Below, piece after piece: positions 12,516-25,525 of a DNA stretch of 64,000 nucleotides. The DNA comes from Haplodiscus bocki (taxonomy: Eukaryota), in NCBI GenBank assembly GCA_965655095.1, contig OZ296653.1, positions 35,774,001 through 35,838,000 on the forward strand, written 5' to 3'. Numbering within the stretch: position 1 is the first letter of the stretch; each line of letters starts with the position of its first letter. The notes beneath the pieces were generated by a model that saw only the letters and a list, made by a program, of their open reading frames with translations, did not search any database and was not told the DNA's origin. The translations under genes and the position numbers were made by a program.

Positions 12516-15500
12516 ACAAGCACATTGGTAGAGTCCCACTTTCATCATCAAAACGTGGGAAAACTCCCACTTTTTTCTAATGAAAGCTTGGGCTATTTTT
12601 GTTGGTTTTGATAAACCTCCGGCGTTGACCATGTTTTTCTACTCCGGTAAGTCTTTGGACGTTTGGCGAATGAGTCTTTCGAATTCCGATTGTTCGTTTT
12701 AGGGTTAATGGCAAATTTACAAAATCGCCGTCAAGAGGTTGATTCTTTGTTGACTATAGGCTTCTCGGTTTGATCGGACCCTGCTTCAAACGAAAAAAAA
12801 CATTGATACTTCCTCAAATGATTGTTTTCGGCCATTACAAATATCTTATCAATATCAATGACAACGCTATAAGTAATGGGGTTGGTTTTTACTTCCATTA
12901 GGCATAGCTGTTAAAGTCCTAAGTTTTTTCCCGCTTAGTTGTGTCCACTATTACTCTGTTAACACATGTCCCATGGTAGGTTGGGGAGACCATCCGGTAG
13001 CCTTCCCACCTAGAGAACTTTGGTGTGCCGTCAACACTACTGTTTCCTCAGAATCTGCTTTAGAACTAAGCTCAGCAGACTCTGGTAGCTGGAGCATCTT
13101 AGGTTCTTTTTTTAAAAAAAATTATGTCGATCACAGCACTCAGACATCCATTGGTTTTTGTTTGACGGTGGTTCGGCAGTTTTTCGAATGAGACCATGAA
13201 AAAATTGATTCACCGAAATCGCGTGGATTAACCGCTAATTGTTGGTCATTATCACCCCATAGGTTAATCTTGGTTTATGCTCCACAAAAATAACTGTCCG
13301 ATAAGACGAGTTGGAAAATTGACTGCATTTGCATAGAATGTTCACAATAGGAAACGAACTGAGATTCTGAAGCTCGGCCAAAGTTGTTTTTGACGCGGTT
13401 GTTTTGAGATGGAAGGACGACTCAGCATAAAGAACTACTTTCATTTTGTCCAAAGAGTTGTGCTCAGCAAAGTTATTAGACTCATTGTCAGAATTCTTCC
13501 CTTTTCGTCGAATTTCAAAAACCTTTCAGCTGGATTTTTTTCTCGCGAACCTTCGGTTTTGTGTGAAAGCACACAGCATGAAAAAATCTGTCAATCACGA
13601 GTGCTGGCGGAGGAATATTTTCTTGCCGGTTGCATTTGATATATTCAGATGTAGGTGTAATTTCAAGAGATCTACTTTCAAATTCTGTTATGACAAAGTC
13701 AATGTTACATTCTCCAAGGAGGACTTAGTCAGCAGAATTGTGAACGTAGAGACTCAGCCGTTTGGAGTCGACATTTTTGTAATACAAAGATTCTGTCATC
13801 TTTTGTCTTGGTTTTTGTTTCTGCGACTGTTGTTGGACTTCGCCCAGCGCGGTGGATCTTCTTGAAGGCTTTTTTTGGGAAAAGTTTGAGTCAAAACCAG
13901 ATTAAGTCAAAAGATTTGTTGGGATCTGCCTCACGGAATTAGTTAATGAAGTACATTTTTTTCGGCGATACGCCCATTGAGTGTTTTTTGTGCTATTTGT
14001 TGGCGCTCCTGTTGTCCGTTCAAAGTGTATGCGATGTAATCTTGTTTGTTCTGGAACATTTGAGGAACGCCATTAGGGACAATTTGTCCGAGAGGTGCTG
14101 TGTTTTCTGGTCCATTTTTTATTTGTTGAGGTGTCCCAATGTTTGTAGTATGCACATTTGCACTGTAGACTCCTGCACCTTCAATTGGGACCTGTCAGTG
14201 AGGAAGTTGTCATGGGTGGAAAGCGCGCAAAAAAACACCGAGTTTTGGAAAGGGTATTTCATCCATTCCGACTGTTCAGTTGTGGACGAAGCTTAAGTAC
14301 CAAGAATCGCCTTCAACTAAACTTTTGCTGTTTGAGTATTTCAACGGAAATCTTTGATCCGTTGCACGGTTGGTCATAGACAGCAGCTCTCCATAGAGTG
14401 CCAGACCTTGTTCAACCACCTTTTAGTCACTACAAAGTGCCACTCTTGTTGGTTTGGACAATATTCCCCCATGACGAGGGTTTGTGCGCTTCTTCTGCTA
14501 GACAAAGAACCTTCAACTTTGCATTTGCGGGAAGTTCATGAGTCAGTTTGATCCAATCGAATTCAAAGTGGCGTTTGTGTGGCATGTGGGACCTTTGCTT
14601 GCGGATAACATTGACCTTCAACAGACAATGTAACAACTGTTTCATTCAAATCAAGCCGTTCGATCTTTTCAAGAATCCGTTAGCAAACAATATCTGCTCC
14701 CAGGTATTCTTCTTTAACGGGTGCAGATATTGGGTTTTCTATTTGCTTGAATTGTGAAAAGACAAAAAGATCATTGAGCTACCTTCACTCTCAGGGTTTT
14801 CCTCGGCAAGAAAGAGCTCCTTGAAATTTTTTATAATGTTTGGTTTCTCTTCGCCGTTGGTCCCGTTCTGCTATTTCCCTTACCGTGCCGGCGTAACTCT
14901 GTAGGTTCTTATGGACGCCAGCCGCCATAATTTGAAGTGCTCAAAAAAAGGTGATAGTATTTTACTTTTCATGAAATCTGAAAAACAGAACTTTTGTCCA
15001 CGTTTCAGTTTTGAGACATTTGCTTAAATTTGTGACCTACAATTTCATTTGCTTCATTGGGTTCCTTTTCACTCTTGATGCTTTTTTCCACGAGAGGTCA
15101 CCCCAATCCGATGATATGGGGAGAAGTGAATAAACCTCGTTCTCTCCGGGTTGATTGATTAATCGACTTTGATTACCAACTTTTGGTATCACGGGTAAAT
15201 CAGTCTACCGTTTCTTTCAGATTGGAACCGTGTTCAGTACTCCAGTTGCTCGCGTAGGTGAACATCGGGTTCTTGTTAACCTTCAGTCTTTACGCTAAAT
15301 CCATGAGCGTTTCGATGTTTCAATTCGTCTCGATATTTTATTTCTGAATGGTTTTCTTCAAAACCAGTGTTGCGTCTTCTGACTAATCGGTGATCCGTAA
15401 AATAAGTTTTTAACCAAGAGGAAGCTTGGTTGTCAACTCAAATGAGAAAGTTCAGTCCAGCTAAGAAAGTGGAGTTCTCTCCGGTAAAACAGCAATCGCT

Positions 15501-18500
15501 AACAACTCTCTTTCCGAAGCTTTGTATTATTGTTTGGATTTATTGGAGTCTCCATCTTCGTAATGGTTGGCACAAAATTTGGTTGCCAAGATGTGGCCAT
15601 GGGAGAATCGTTTCTGCTGATCCAGAGTCAGTGCAGATTCTTACTAGACTTCGCATATAACAAGTTTCGACCCTAAGATCAAATCTCAGAAACGAAAAAA
15701 CATCTTCAATTGCTGTAAAGGGATTTATGGGAAATATTTTGACAATGACAACATCTTCAAGGTAGCACACGGCGCGATTTCCATACTGAGGATGATGCTT
15801 CAGAGGACCATTGTCATGTTTCAATTTTAGGTTGATTGGGGTGTTGTAGAGTTCGTTGGACATTTTTTTGAGAGCGTCCGAATTTTTGGTTCTCGAAACA
15901 ATTTTGTTGTCATCGCCGTCACGAATTGAGATCTGTCCCAAGTAAGATACAATCATTGAGAAGCAGATGCACTTGTGGACCTGCTGAGGCACACAGTCGT
16001 CTTTCTGGTTCCTGTGCTAACGTTTTCAGAATCACAACAATGTTGCAGATTGGTAATTTTTGTTGGACCATGACAATGCCACGAGACCTACGTAAGTAGT
16101 AAGGTTTGATTTTGCATAGGTCTAACAAAAGTTTAACATTCTCGTTTGCTTTCTTGCCTTAAAGGCAGTCATTTTTCCGTGAACTTCGAGGCATGGCACT
16201 GGATTGTGTTCAAGGTTTAACTCGCTTCACAAAAGGTTGCTTCTACCAAAGAACGCTTTACCTTAGTTCAGAAATTGGTGACTATTCACTAAAATCCAGT
16301 AATATTTTGAAAAAAAAACGAGAAAGAGCGTAAAATTTACTTCTTCAATGTGTTGTGGAGGTTCCGCTAACTCCTCTCCAAACAATTCTAACGTAAAATC
16401 AGACTAATCCTTCAGTTTAGAGTATGAGGAAGCTTGCGATAATAAATGACAACTGAATTTCGAATTTTTTGCATTCATAGACAATTTGTTGAGTTCATTA
16501 ATAGCACAAAGAGACAGATAAGACGTTCCGATGAAGGCTCTTTTAGCCGTAGCTTGTATAGTTCATAAACTTAGCGACCTTATTCAAGCCTTCACCATAT
16601 TAGCAAAGTTTGGTCCTCTCTCACCAACTGCTGTTATACTTTTTCCTTTCGTGAAATCAGCGTTATCATTGGACCAAATCTTGATATCCTTTTTAGTTTA
16701 ACCAGAATGCAAGGTCTTTTTCTATCGCAATTCATAGGGAGCGACTTCGTTGTTGTCGAAAGCCAAGGCTTTATGTAAGATCAGTTTAACTTTCGTTAAC
16801 TGTTGCTACAGATAACTAAGGACATGGAATTTGGACGATGGATCACCATTCATCGACGGTGCAGATCCATTATTAAAAATTAAGATCGCAATCAAAGTCC
16901 CACCCAACGTGAAGTATTCTTCATTGGGATAATCAACGAAGATGCTTGTTTCCATGAGGAGTTCAAAATCTATGAAGAGTCTAAGTTTAGTTCGGCAATG
17001 CTGTTACCAGTCCAGGTTACTTCTACACACTCTGGTATCGATAGATTCTTTCCGAATTCCGTAACCAATAGCACGAGCGAATAGAAAGAAGAGAAAGATT
17101 CGTGGTGAAATCCACTTAGGCGAACTTTCGCTGGAGAATTTCGTTGAAGCCAGTTGGGCAAAATGTCGATGAATATTCGACATTGCTGATGTGGATGGTT
17201 CATTGCCCATGGCTTGTACTTTCCAGTACGCTGCGCATTGCTGGAGAGTGTTGGTGGTGTAACGGCAGAGTTTATGACAAACTGCGAAGCGATTGCTCCT
17301 CAAATTTCAGTCTCAATGTTTCTCATTTCGGTTGGCTCGATAGTTTTAGTTTCAATTTGTTTGAACATTACTTTGTTCAATCCCTCTTGGGGACGTTTTG
17401 CTACTGAACGTCAATTTGCTTGGAGGTTCTCTTGCTAGAGGTGTTCCCGCCAATATTGATTGGCAAGAGTTTTCGTTTAGTTATCCATGACCTCGCATTC
17501 CTCTTGACAAGTTTTCGCTGCGCTCTGCTTTTATGGCAATTTCTGACTCAAGGTGCCTTCGTTTCAAGTCTCGATCTTCGAATTTTACTACGAGTGGAAT
17601 GCATAGTCACGTTTATGAGTATTCGTTTCTGTTTCGGTCACTGACGTGGCTTCCGTTTCAATTCGAGAACGACGAGAAATTTAGAAAATGGCTCTCTTTC
17701 CCAACCGGCATACGTTGATTTCTTTGTTCGTTGTTGTCATTGTCCCCATGACTATCAGAATGCAGTTTTGGAGGTAAATCTTGTTTTTTCCTCATTGACT
17801 TTTTTATTTTTATAACTTGCAACTATTTCTGAAATGTCAAATTGTCATATCCAGTTTGAGCAGTACTACATGTGGGCGCTTTTTTTGTTTTAAGGCTGAC
17901 TAGTTTTTGCCTCCGGCACGAAAAAAATCTCAGATCTTTTTTGCAATGACGTTGTTTTGGAGAGGGAGCGCCACTTTTTTGTACATTTTTCCGAAAAGTT
18001 TTTTGTAGAGCCTTCTTTTGAACAAAAAGATGCTCAAATAACCTTTGTTTTTTTTTATTGAACGGTAGACTAGGAAAAAATTTTGTGGATAATAAAAATG
18101 GGAGACCATTTTAGAGCTATGCAAAAGTGACAGCGAGGTTTTAATCCCAACAATTTTCACAACTTTGTAAGACTGTGTGTTCATACACCTGACACTTTTT
18201 TTGCCCAAAAGCTGCCATGTTCCGGAAAAAAACATTTTTTTTCGTTAGATTTTTAGACCTAATGGTTTTTAGCTTCAAAGTGTTGCGTGTGAGTACAAAA
18301 CTCTGATTCCTTTTGTTTCTTTTCTCCTTCGCAGACTAAGGATTAACCCAACTAAAGTTTCTTACATGTCACGATGTATTTTCGGGAGATGACCACCGAA
18401 AAGGGATCAAGTTAAATCGTCGGAGAGGAAATTGGGATGGCAGTGAAAGCATATTCCAACGGGTACAGAAGCCGTAAATCTCAGCGAAGGAGTCACGTGG

Positions 18501-21133
18501 AAACAAGGATGCTACCAAAACTTGAATTTCTTGAACAACCACGGGACCAGCTAGTGCCATATTTCTCTCCAGCTTGTGGTATGTACACAACCACGTTCAT
18601 GCTTTGAAAGTACGGCCAGACTCCAGATTCCGGCATCCGGCTCAGCAAAAGGCTATCGGGTATACTACTCTAATTGACAGACGTTCAAGTTGAAGCAATC
18701 GTCAAATATACACAGCGTCTGAACGCTGTCTACTCAAAAAACACTCAAACAATTGCTTTTTCTGTTTCTAGCGCGGCCCACAGGTAGCTTCTGGTCATCG
18801 TAAGTTAGCATTCACCCCCGAGAATGTGACTCAAATACTAATACAAAAGTTAAATTTTTCAAACGCAGAACCTTGTGCCAAGTAAAAACACGCCGGAGAG
18901 CTACATTTTATTGCTTTCAACCTATCTTTTAATCGATTTTGGAAAAACTCCTACTGATTGTTATTATTAAAAGGTAAAAGTGAGGAGCTGTTTCGACAAT
19001 TAATACTTTTTCTAGTAATATTCAACGAATCAGTGGGACTTTCGAGAGTCAACATCTGAAACTACCTCATGGGCTTTTTCTGTGAGAACTATGTGACTAA
19101 ACAATTAAAACGATATTTTTCACCCACTGGAACGAAGTCACCTGTAATTCTCTGGAGGATCTATAGATTATTAATGTTTTGTTTCCAAAAATTGAATTTA
19201 TCTCTGTCAACCAGGACAAGCAACTTGTGCATGTAGTAGTGAAATTTTAAAAAAAAACTATGGTTTTTCTGATTCAGCAAAGAATGCGTCTGATTTTGGT
19301 TGGCGGGAGTACTTCAAATTTTTTGAGTTCTCTGACTTCATTTTTTTACTCAATACATTCAAACAATGGCATCGGTAATATTGGCAGATAGTAGTGCAAA
19401 TAAAGTTTTTCGACCACGTGAGCAATTTCTTTGAGTGCAGCAAAGAAGTGAACAGAAACAATTGGCAGTTGTGAACACAGTCCCTTGAAAGGAACTGAAC
19501 TATCAAAGAAAACTCGATTAGAAAATTTCTGAGAGTTACGTTTATTGAGAGTCTAGTTTTAGTTCCATCGGGTTAGCGTAACAAAGAATAGACGTTACCG
19601 CAGCACAACCAATAGTGTTAGCTTACTTGTGGGGTGGCAATCAATTGTAACAAACCGGGTGGTAAGAGCAGTTCGGTAGCAGTGGAAAAGAAATTGGATG
19701 CCAACAACCTAAAAGCGTACCCCTAACAATAACATTCGCAGTAGTAGAATAGAATAGTTTCAGACTTCGTGTCGGGACTTGTTGGGGGTCGAAAAATTTC
19801 GGTGAAAAACCATGATCAGATTGTAATATTCCTACTTATATTAACATGAAAACCGCTTATGTTAATCGCTGATCGGTTTGAACTCAACACCAGAATGCTT
19901 TTCGAGTATTCGATTTTTCACTAGTGGGCCCGGACTTTTCCCAATCCTCTGAGGGACACTGCCCAGGAGAGCCAAATGTGGCCGCTGCCACCGATACTCC
20001 GACTGCAAGAGTGAATTTCATGGGAGTGAAATCTCATTTTCAAACGTGTAAATAGCAAGGACCGTGATGAACAACTCTTTCACTCTAAGGCGTTAAAAAT
20101 CTAGGTCAAGGCTACCACAGCATTATTCAGCTGACCTTTTGTTGATTGAAGGAGAAAGGTTGATTATAACGGGGGTTCATGTTCCTTACCGAATCTGTTC
20201 AGGAAGGTGCGGTTCCGGACGTTTGATTTCATTTTATGCAAGAACTACAACAGAGCGCCAAACAAAAACTATATACAACTAAGGCACATTAGACGCACAA
20301 ATCTGAAAACGGGAGCAGTTTTCTGCAGAAATAACTCCAAATTTGTCTTTTTTTGGAGATATCATTTCTGATATTTTCCCGTTACTTTCTTGTATATCAG
20401 TAGGTTGAAAATTTTTTGTGGTGTAAGTTGTGTCTTGAAAAGTTGCAAAAGTTGTTGTGTTTTATAAACTTGTCGTTTTTTATACAATAGTTTTCAAGTT
20501 TACAGTTATCGTTTTCTGAACTTTTATCACACGTCTCAAACCGTTTCAGCCAATTTGTTACATCAAACTTCAATGTGGACCGCGCAAACTTTCATGTCAA
20601 GCAACTGGAATTAAATGACTTGCAGAGACGTTAGATAACCTCAAAACGTATGTGTTCAGCGACAAGAAAGGAGAAGTTTCGAAGCAAAAGTATGAAAGAA
20701 GCCATGGTGTTTTGGCTTAGTTTTGGCTAGATAAAATTAGTGATTTTGTTTTTGATATGTTGCATGCTGTACCCCTCCTGTACAGTGTCATCGAATGATC
20801 CAATTGTTTTTATAAAACAAGTGAAGGGCAACAACTTACTGCCCCATATGAGATTTTTAAAGGTTTCAATGTTACACATTTCACTTGTAAAAATAACTTT
20901 CCCTCATCTCTGATCACTCCATATGAATCTTCTACTAGTTCGTTCTTTTCCAATCATATACACACCATCAAACAATTCGTTGGGCTACGCAGTATAGCAC
21001 AGGTGACCTCGGCTGGCATTTAATTGAATATTACGAGAGCGAGTTTGGTGCTATTTTGATTCATTTGCAATTGTTGCACACCTAAGTTAAAGAGTTCAAA
21101 GCACAAATTCGAGAAAAACTGAATTTTGTCAAT

Positions 21134-24082
21134 TAAGTACACAGTAAGTTAACCAATTGTCAAAATTCGTTGACATTGCAATTTTTCCCTGTAAACTTGA
21201 CAATTCCACCAACGTTCCCTTGAAAAACTTTGACATCTGTTTGCCAGCTATCCATTATTTGAAAAAAGCACCTACATGTACGGCAATTATACAATTTTAA
21301 GGGAAAAAACCATGGTTTTTCAAAAACCCAAATTGTGTAGTTTGAGAAATCTCTTTATTTCAGTCGCACTCTACGAATGAAAAATTTTCAAACTCGATAC
21401 CGGACACTAGCGTCAAGTTGGATATTATCAATTGGCAAAACTTAAAAAATGTTCAATTTCAGATTTGAGTGAATGATTTTCCTTCCATACTTAAAAATGA
21501 GCCTGAAATAAAACAAAAGTCAATGAGTCCAAAACTGCAATGGTCAGCACTTGAAAATTATTTTTACAATGCTTACAACCACAAGTTATTCTGGAGGGCC
21601 ATGGTTCAGCAAACTCGCATCAGAAGAGATAATTCTGGATCTCTGAACTCGGTTTAACATTTTGACGCATAAAGGTGGGCGATTCCAAAGTCATTCTCTG
21701 AAACAATTAAATGGCAGTCCGACAATGTTCAAAACCCAAAAAACTCTGGAAAAAACCGATTTGAAATTAAAATGACACAACCAAACTAACAGTTTTCTGA
21801 ATAAGTGTGGGTTATCCGAAAAGCTTGGTGGAAAACAATTAAACGTTATTGTTGCAACGCCTCAAACCAAAACACTGAAAAAGCCACTCTTCCATGAACT
21901 CACAACGAAAAGTTGCCTTTGCAACCCGAACTCTATTAACTTTTTGAGGGCGATTCCAAAAACTGGAAAACGATTAAAATCCGAGCTCATTATAACTTGT
22001 ATTGTTTTGGCTTCGGAAATCCCGAATGTCAATTGGCAGCAATTAAACGCTATTACAAAAAAGGAAAAGCAGAAGTCAGTCTGAATTTGCCTTGTTTTGC
22101 AAAGTCATTTCAAAATAGTTGTGATAGACCTGCAACAAAAGATTTGGTAAAATAGCCTTTGGGAGCAAAAAAGGGATCTTCTGTGGAATTTCAGGGAAAC
22201 GCTCAAGGCCAATAAGCAAAATGATTGTTGAAAAATGCAATGTTTTTTCCAATTCACCAAAGTACATTAAAAGTGGGAAGAAGTGTAGCAGATATTTTTC
22301 AATCAGTTTACAAAAAACAACCTATTGTGGACAAAACTTTCGTCCAGGTAGCATTGTTTTCCAGCAGTTATGAACAGTCAATGTCCAAATAGCGGTTTTC
22401 TAGGAATTTAGCTCTTGTATCCCAATGCTCTTCTTGTGTAAGAAATAGCTGCGTCAAACTAGTATTGAAGACTATTGTCACAGAAGCAAGCTGCTGTTTT
22501 GCTTCTATCGGGGGATTTTTTGGTGAAGCTCAAATGTACGATACTAATAAAACTCACTTGATTTGTGTGAATTCAAGAAAAAGCGCTGTTTGAGTATCGA
22601 AGCAATTGCCCACGCTGTTTCAAGTTACACATTAAACTAATCAATTTTTCAATTTGACTGAAGGATCCACAAATGCCAGTTCGATACTTGAAAATATTGA
22701 TGTGTTGAAACAAAGTACTGAAAAGGCTTCGGAAGAGTCGTCATCAGCAATTCAGTTTTCAAATTTCAAGATGTCGCTTGCTTCTGACTTCACCTCCAAT
22801 CTTCCACATCAAAGTTCATCAATTTTTAGAGCAGATCTGAAATTATTGATGCTGGATAGCAATTTGAGCAACAAAAATTAGAGACTCGATTTTCAGAAAC
22901 CATAAATCGAGAACCCTAAAAATGCAAGCTCCATTTAAAACGCTGCAAATTGATATTATGCGTGAAAATTCTGTCTGGATACTTCAGTTAGCAAAAATTC
23001 AAGGCTCAATTGGAACAATGAACACTCTACACTTCCCGTTCGTTTTCTGTCTTCCAATACTTAGAGAAGAGAGGCATTTAGATTCTGTGCAGTGATTAAG
23101 TCACCGGCACTATCTAAACTGAAATGGTTTCCAAAGTATCAAAAGGTAGTTCACTTCAGAGGGCAAAAATGGGCGCTGCAAACTTTCGGAAAGGCAGCCA
23201 GTGGATCCTATAACGCTTAGTTTGAAAAGTTCTTTGCCAACATCTCAAATTTTGTACCGTGAAGGAAAGAATGTGCAGTCTTCCACAAGGAAACCTCGAC
23301 TCGACTTTAGCCTAACTCTGTGTTGCCATTTCGTTTGTGGCAGATGTGTTCTATGCAAAATCAGCATTTTCTGTGACGCAGCTGCGCAATTATTTTTTTC
23401 CTTCGAAACACCTTTACGGGCTACTTCTTTTACCTTTTCACATCGTTCATCATAGATTCATCCTTTCCAAAATCAACCCAATTTCAGTTCAAAAATACTG
23501 GATTGAATAAAACCTGAATAGTTGGAGTTTGCCACTGCAGGAGCTGGTTGTCTTTTTCAGTAACTTTCGATTCATATCCGACCGTTTTACAACCAAGCAG
23601 TAACAATACGAGCAGATACTTTTCCACTGAACCAACGATCAAATCTCTGGCCATTAGTTATCATCTCGTGCCAGCTATCTAATAGGCTTTACTGATATTG
23701 AAACACTGTTCCTTGTTTCAAGTCCGAATTGATTCCGTTGCTTGAAACTAAGTAGATAGTAAGGCATAAAAACTTGAGCCTACAAAGGTGTCTTTCAGTC
23801 CAAATGATCGAGGTTCTTTGAAATTATTTGCGTTTCAACGCCATTTTCTCATATTCACAGTTTCTAATCTGTCGGAACAATTTTGCAACGAACCAAAGTC
23901 GGAAACTGCGATTGCTCGTCATAAGTTTTAATATCAGGCACATGTACCACACTCTTTTGGAGTTACCTCACAAGATGAGTCAGATGGAAGATTGGGACTG
24001 TGTCATGTTTTTTTGTCAAAATTGCTCAACCAACATCAAAGCATCTGCACGATGTTCCAGTTTAAATTTCAAGAAAAGACTT
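21134..24082 (+). repeat. Left arm of large inverted duplication (carries an extra 574 bp at 23367-23940)
   Basis: Reverse complement of 25526-27901; mirrored ORFs 22076-22267(-)/26767-26958(+), 22654-22881(+)/26153-26380(-), 23201(+)/25833(-). Confidence 0.95.
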
Positions 24083-25525
24083 TTAGGCCGAGTCAAAGTT
24101 TTTCCCTAACAGTTCTCCCGTAGTTGTTTTTGTTTTCAAAGAAACTTGTGTACTTTATTGAAGTCGTAAAATTACTCACAAAGGCGAATTCTGTCCAGAT
24201 GTTGGTTGTTTCAATTGGATCTGCCAAGACCACTCACACAAAATGTTCCACGCACTGCTCCATTTGCGTTCTCCTTCGATAGTGGGAGCACCAATCAACT
24301 GAAATTGAATTGCCATAGTTACTTATAGTAGGGCCATGAGCTCACAAACATTTGGACAGAGACCGACTATGTGGATGATCTTACAACTTCAGTAAAAAAC
24401 ACAAGCTTCTTTGAAATCAAAAACAACTATGACAGCTGAATTAGAGAAAATTATTGATTCGGCGACTTTCCCAAATCACAGATTAAATGAAAGGTTTCCC
24501 GAATTTATACAATAACAATCAATAACTGTTTAACAGGGTTGTTCACTGTAGTCCCATAGGACCAAATCCTTTGGATTAGCTCTAGACTTACTATCAATTG
24601 AGTCATATTGCCGCTGCGCAGCCTGAAACTGAGCGTATGTTTCTTAACACAGATGAGGAACATATTCGGTAGAATTGAATTTTCCGCAAGACCCAACTTC
24701 AGAGGCAAAACATCGAGACTTGTTTTGACTGAACAGTAACTTGAAAAAGACCTGCTTGATCCAGTTTTTCTGATCAAGGACTCACCCGATAGGCAATACA
24801 AAGCTGACTCAGTAGCAAAAGGTGATCGGTATCAACTTTTAGCCATCGATACGTGAAACCAGAGCAAAATATAAGCAAAAATACGCAATGCTGACTGCTA
24901 AAAAAACATACGTTAGCGACTTCTAGTAAAATTAAATATTAAAAGGTTTCGTTTTCATGAATTTTTGACCGCAGATTTTCAACTACTAATGGCTCTGGGC
25001 GTCGTCGAAAGTCAGATTGTGATGAGTTGGCATCTTTTTGTGAAAATATGACCAATCAAAACGGCATACATTTGGTTGCGACACATTTGGGCGACCAGAA
25101 ACTGAAAGCTCTTCAGGAGATCTTGAGCCTTCTACCAAAAGTGGAAAAAACAAAAATGTTTAATCCCGTTCGTGATTTTTGCCCGGCAAAAAATGCCACT
25201 TTTAGCACAGGCAGGAAAGAAGATCAGCACTCAAATAACCTCTACAACTTGGGCAAAGGAAGATCTTGTTCTTCTTGTAGAAGGCACTTCTTCAGTACAG
25301 AATACACAAGGTGCACTGATGTTGAAGGTCTCTGCTTTCACAAATGGGCGCGACTTACAGTTTTTCAATAGCCATAACATTGTTACGTTTTCAAACAGAC
25401 ATCATCTGAGCGAATCTTCATTCCGAATGTTTCTTTCAATCAAAATTACGTCAATCGAGCGCTTGAAGAAGTATGTCCCCGCGCTTCGTCTACATTGATA
25501 GCTAGAGTCTGCACCAGAAACGTAG

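Noticed and set aside
18310-18810. Possible exon after a strong polypyrimidine acceptor, with an FN3-like GYRVYYS peptide
   Set aside because: All frames contain stops and no partner exons were found; too weak to call.
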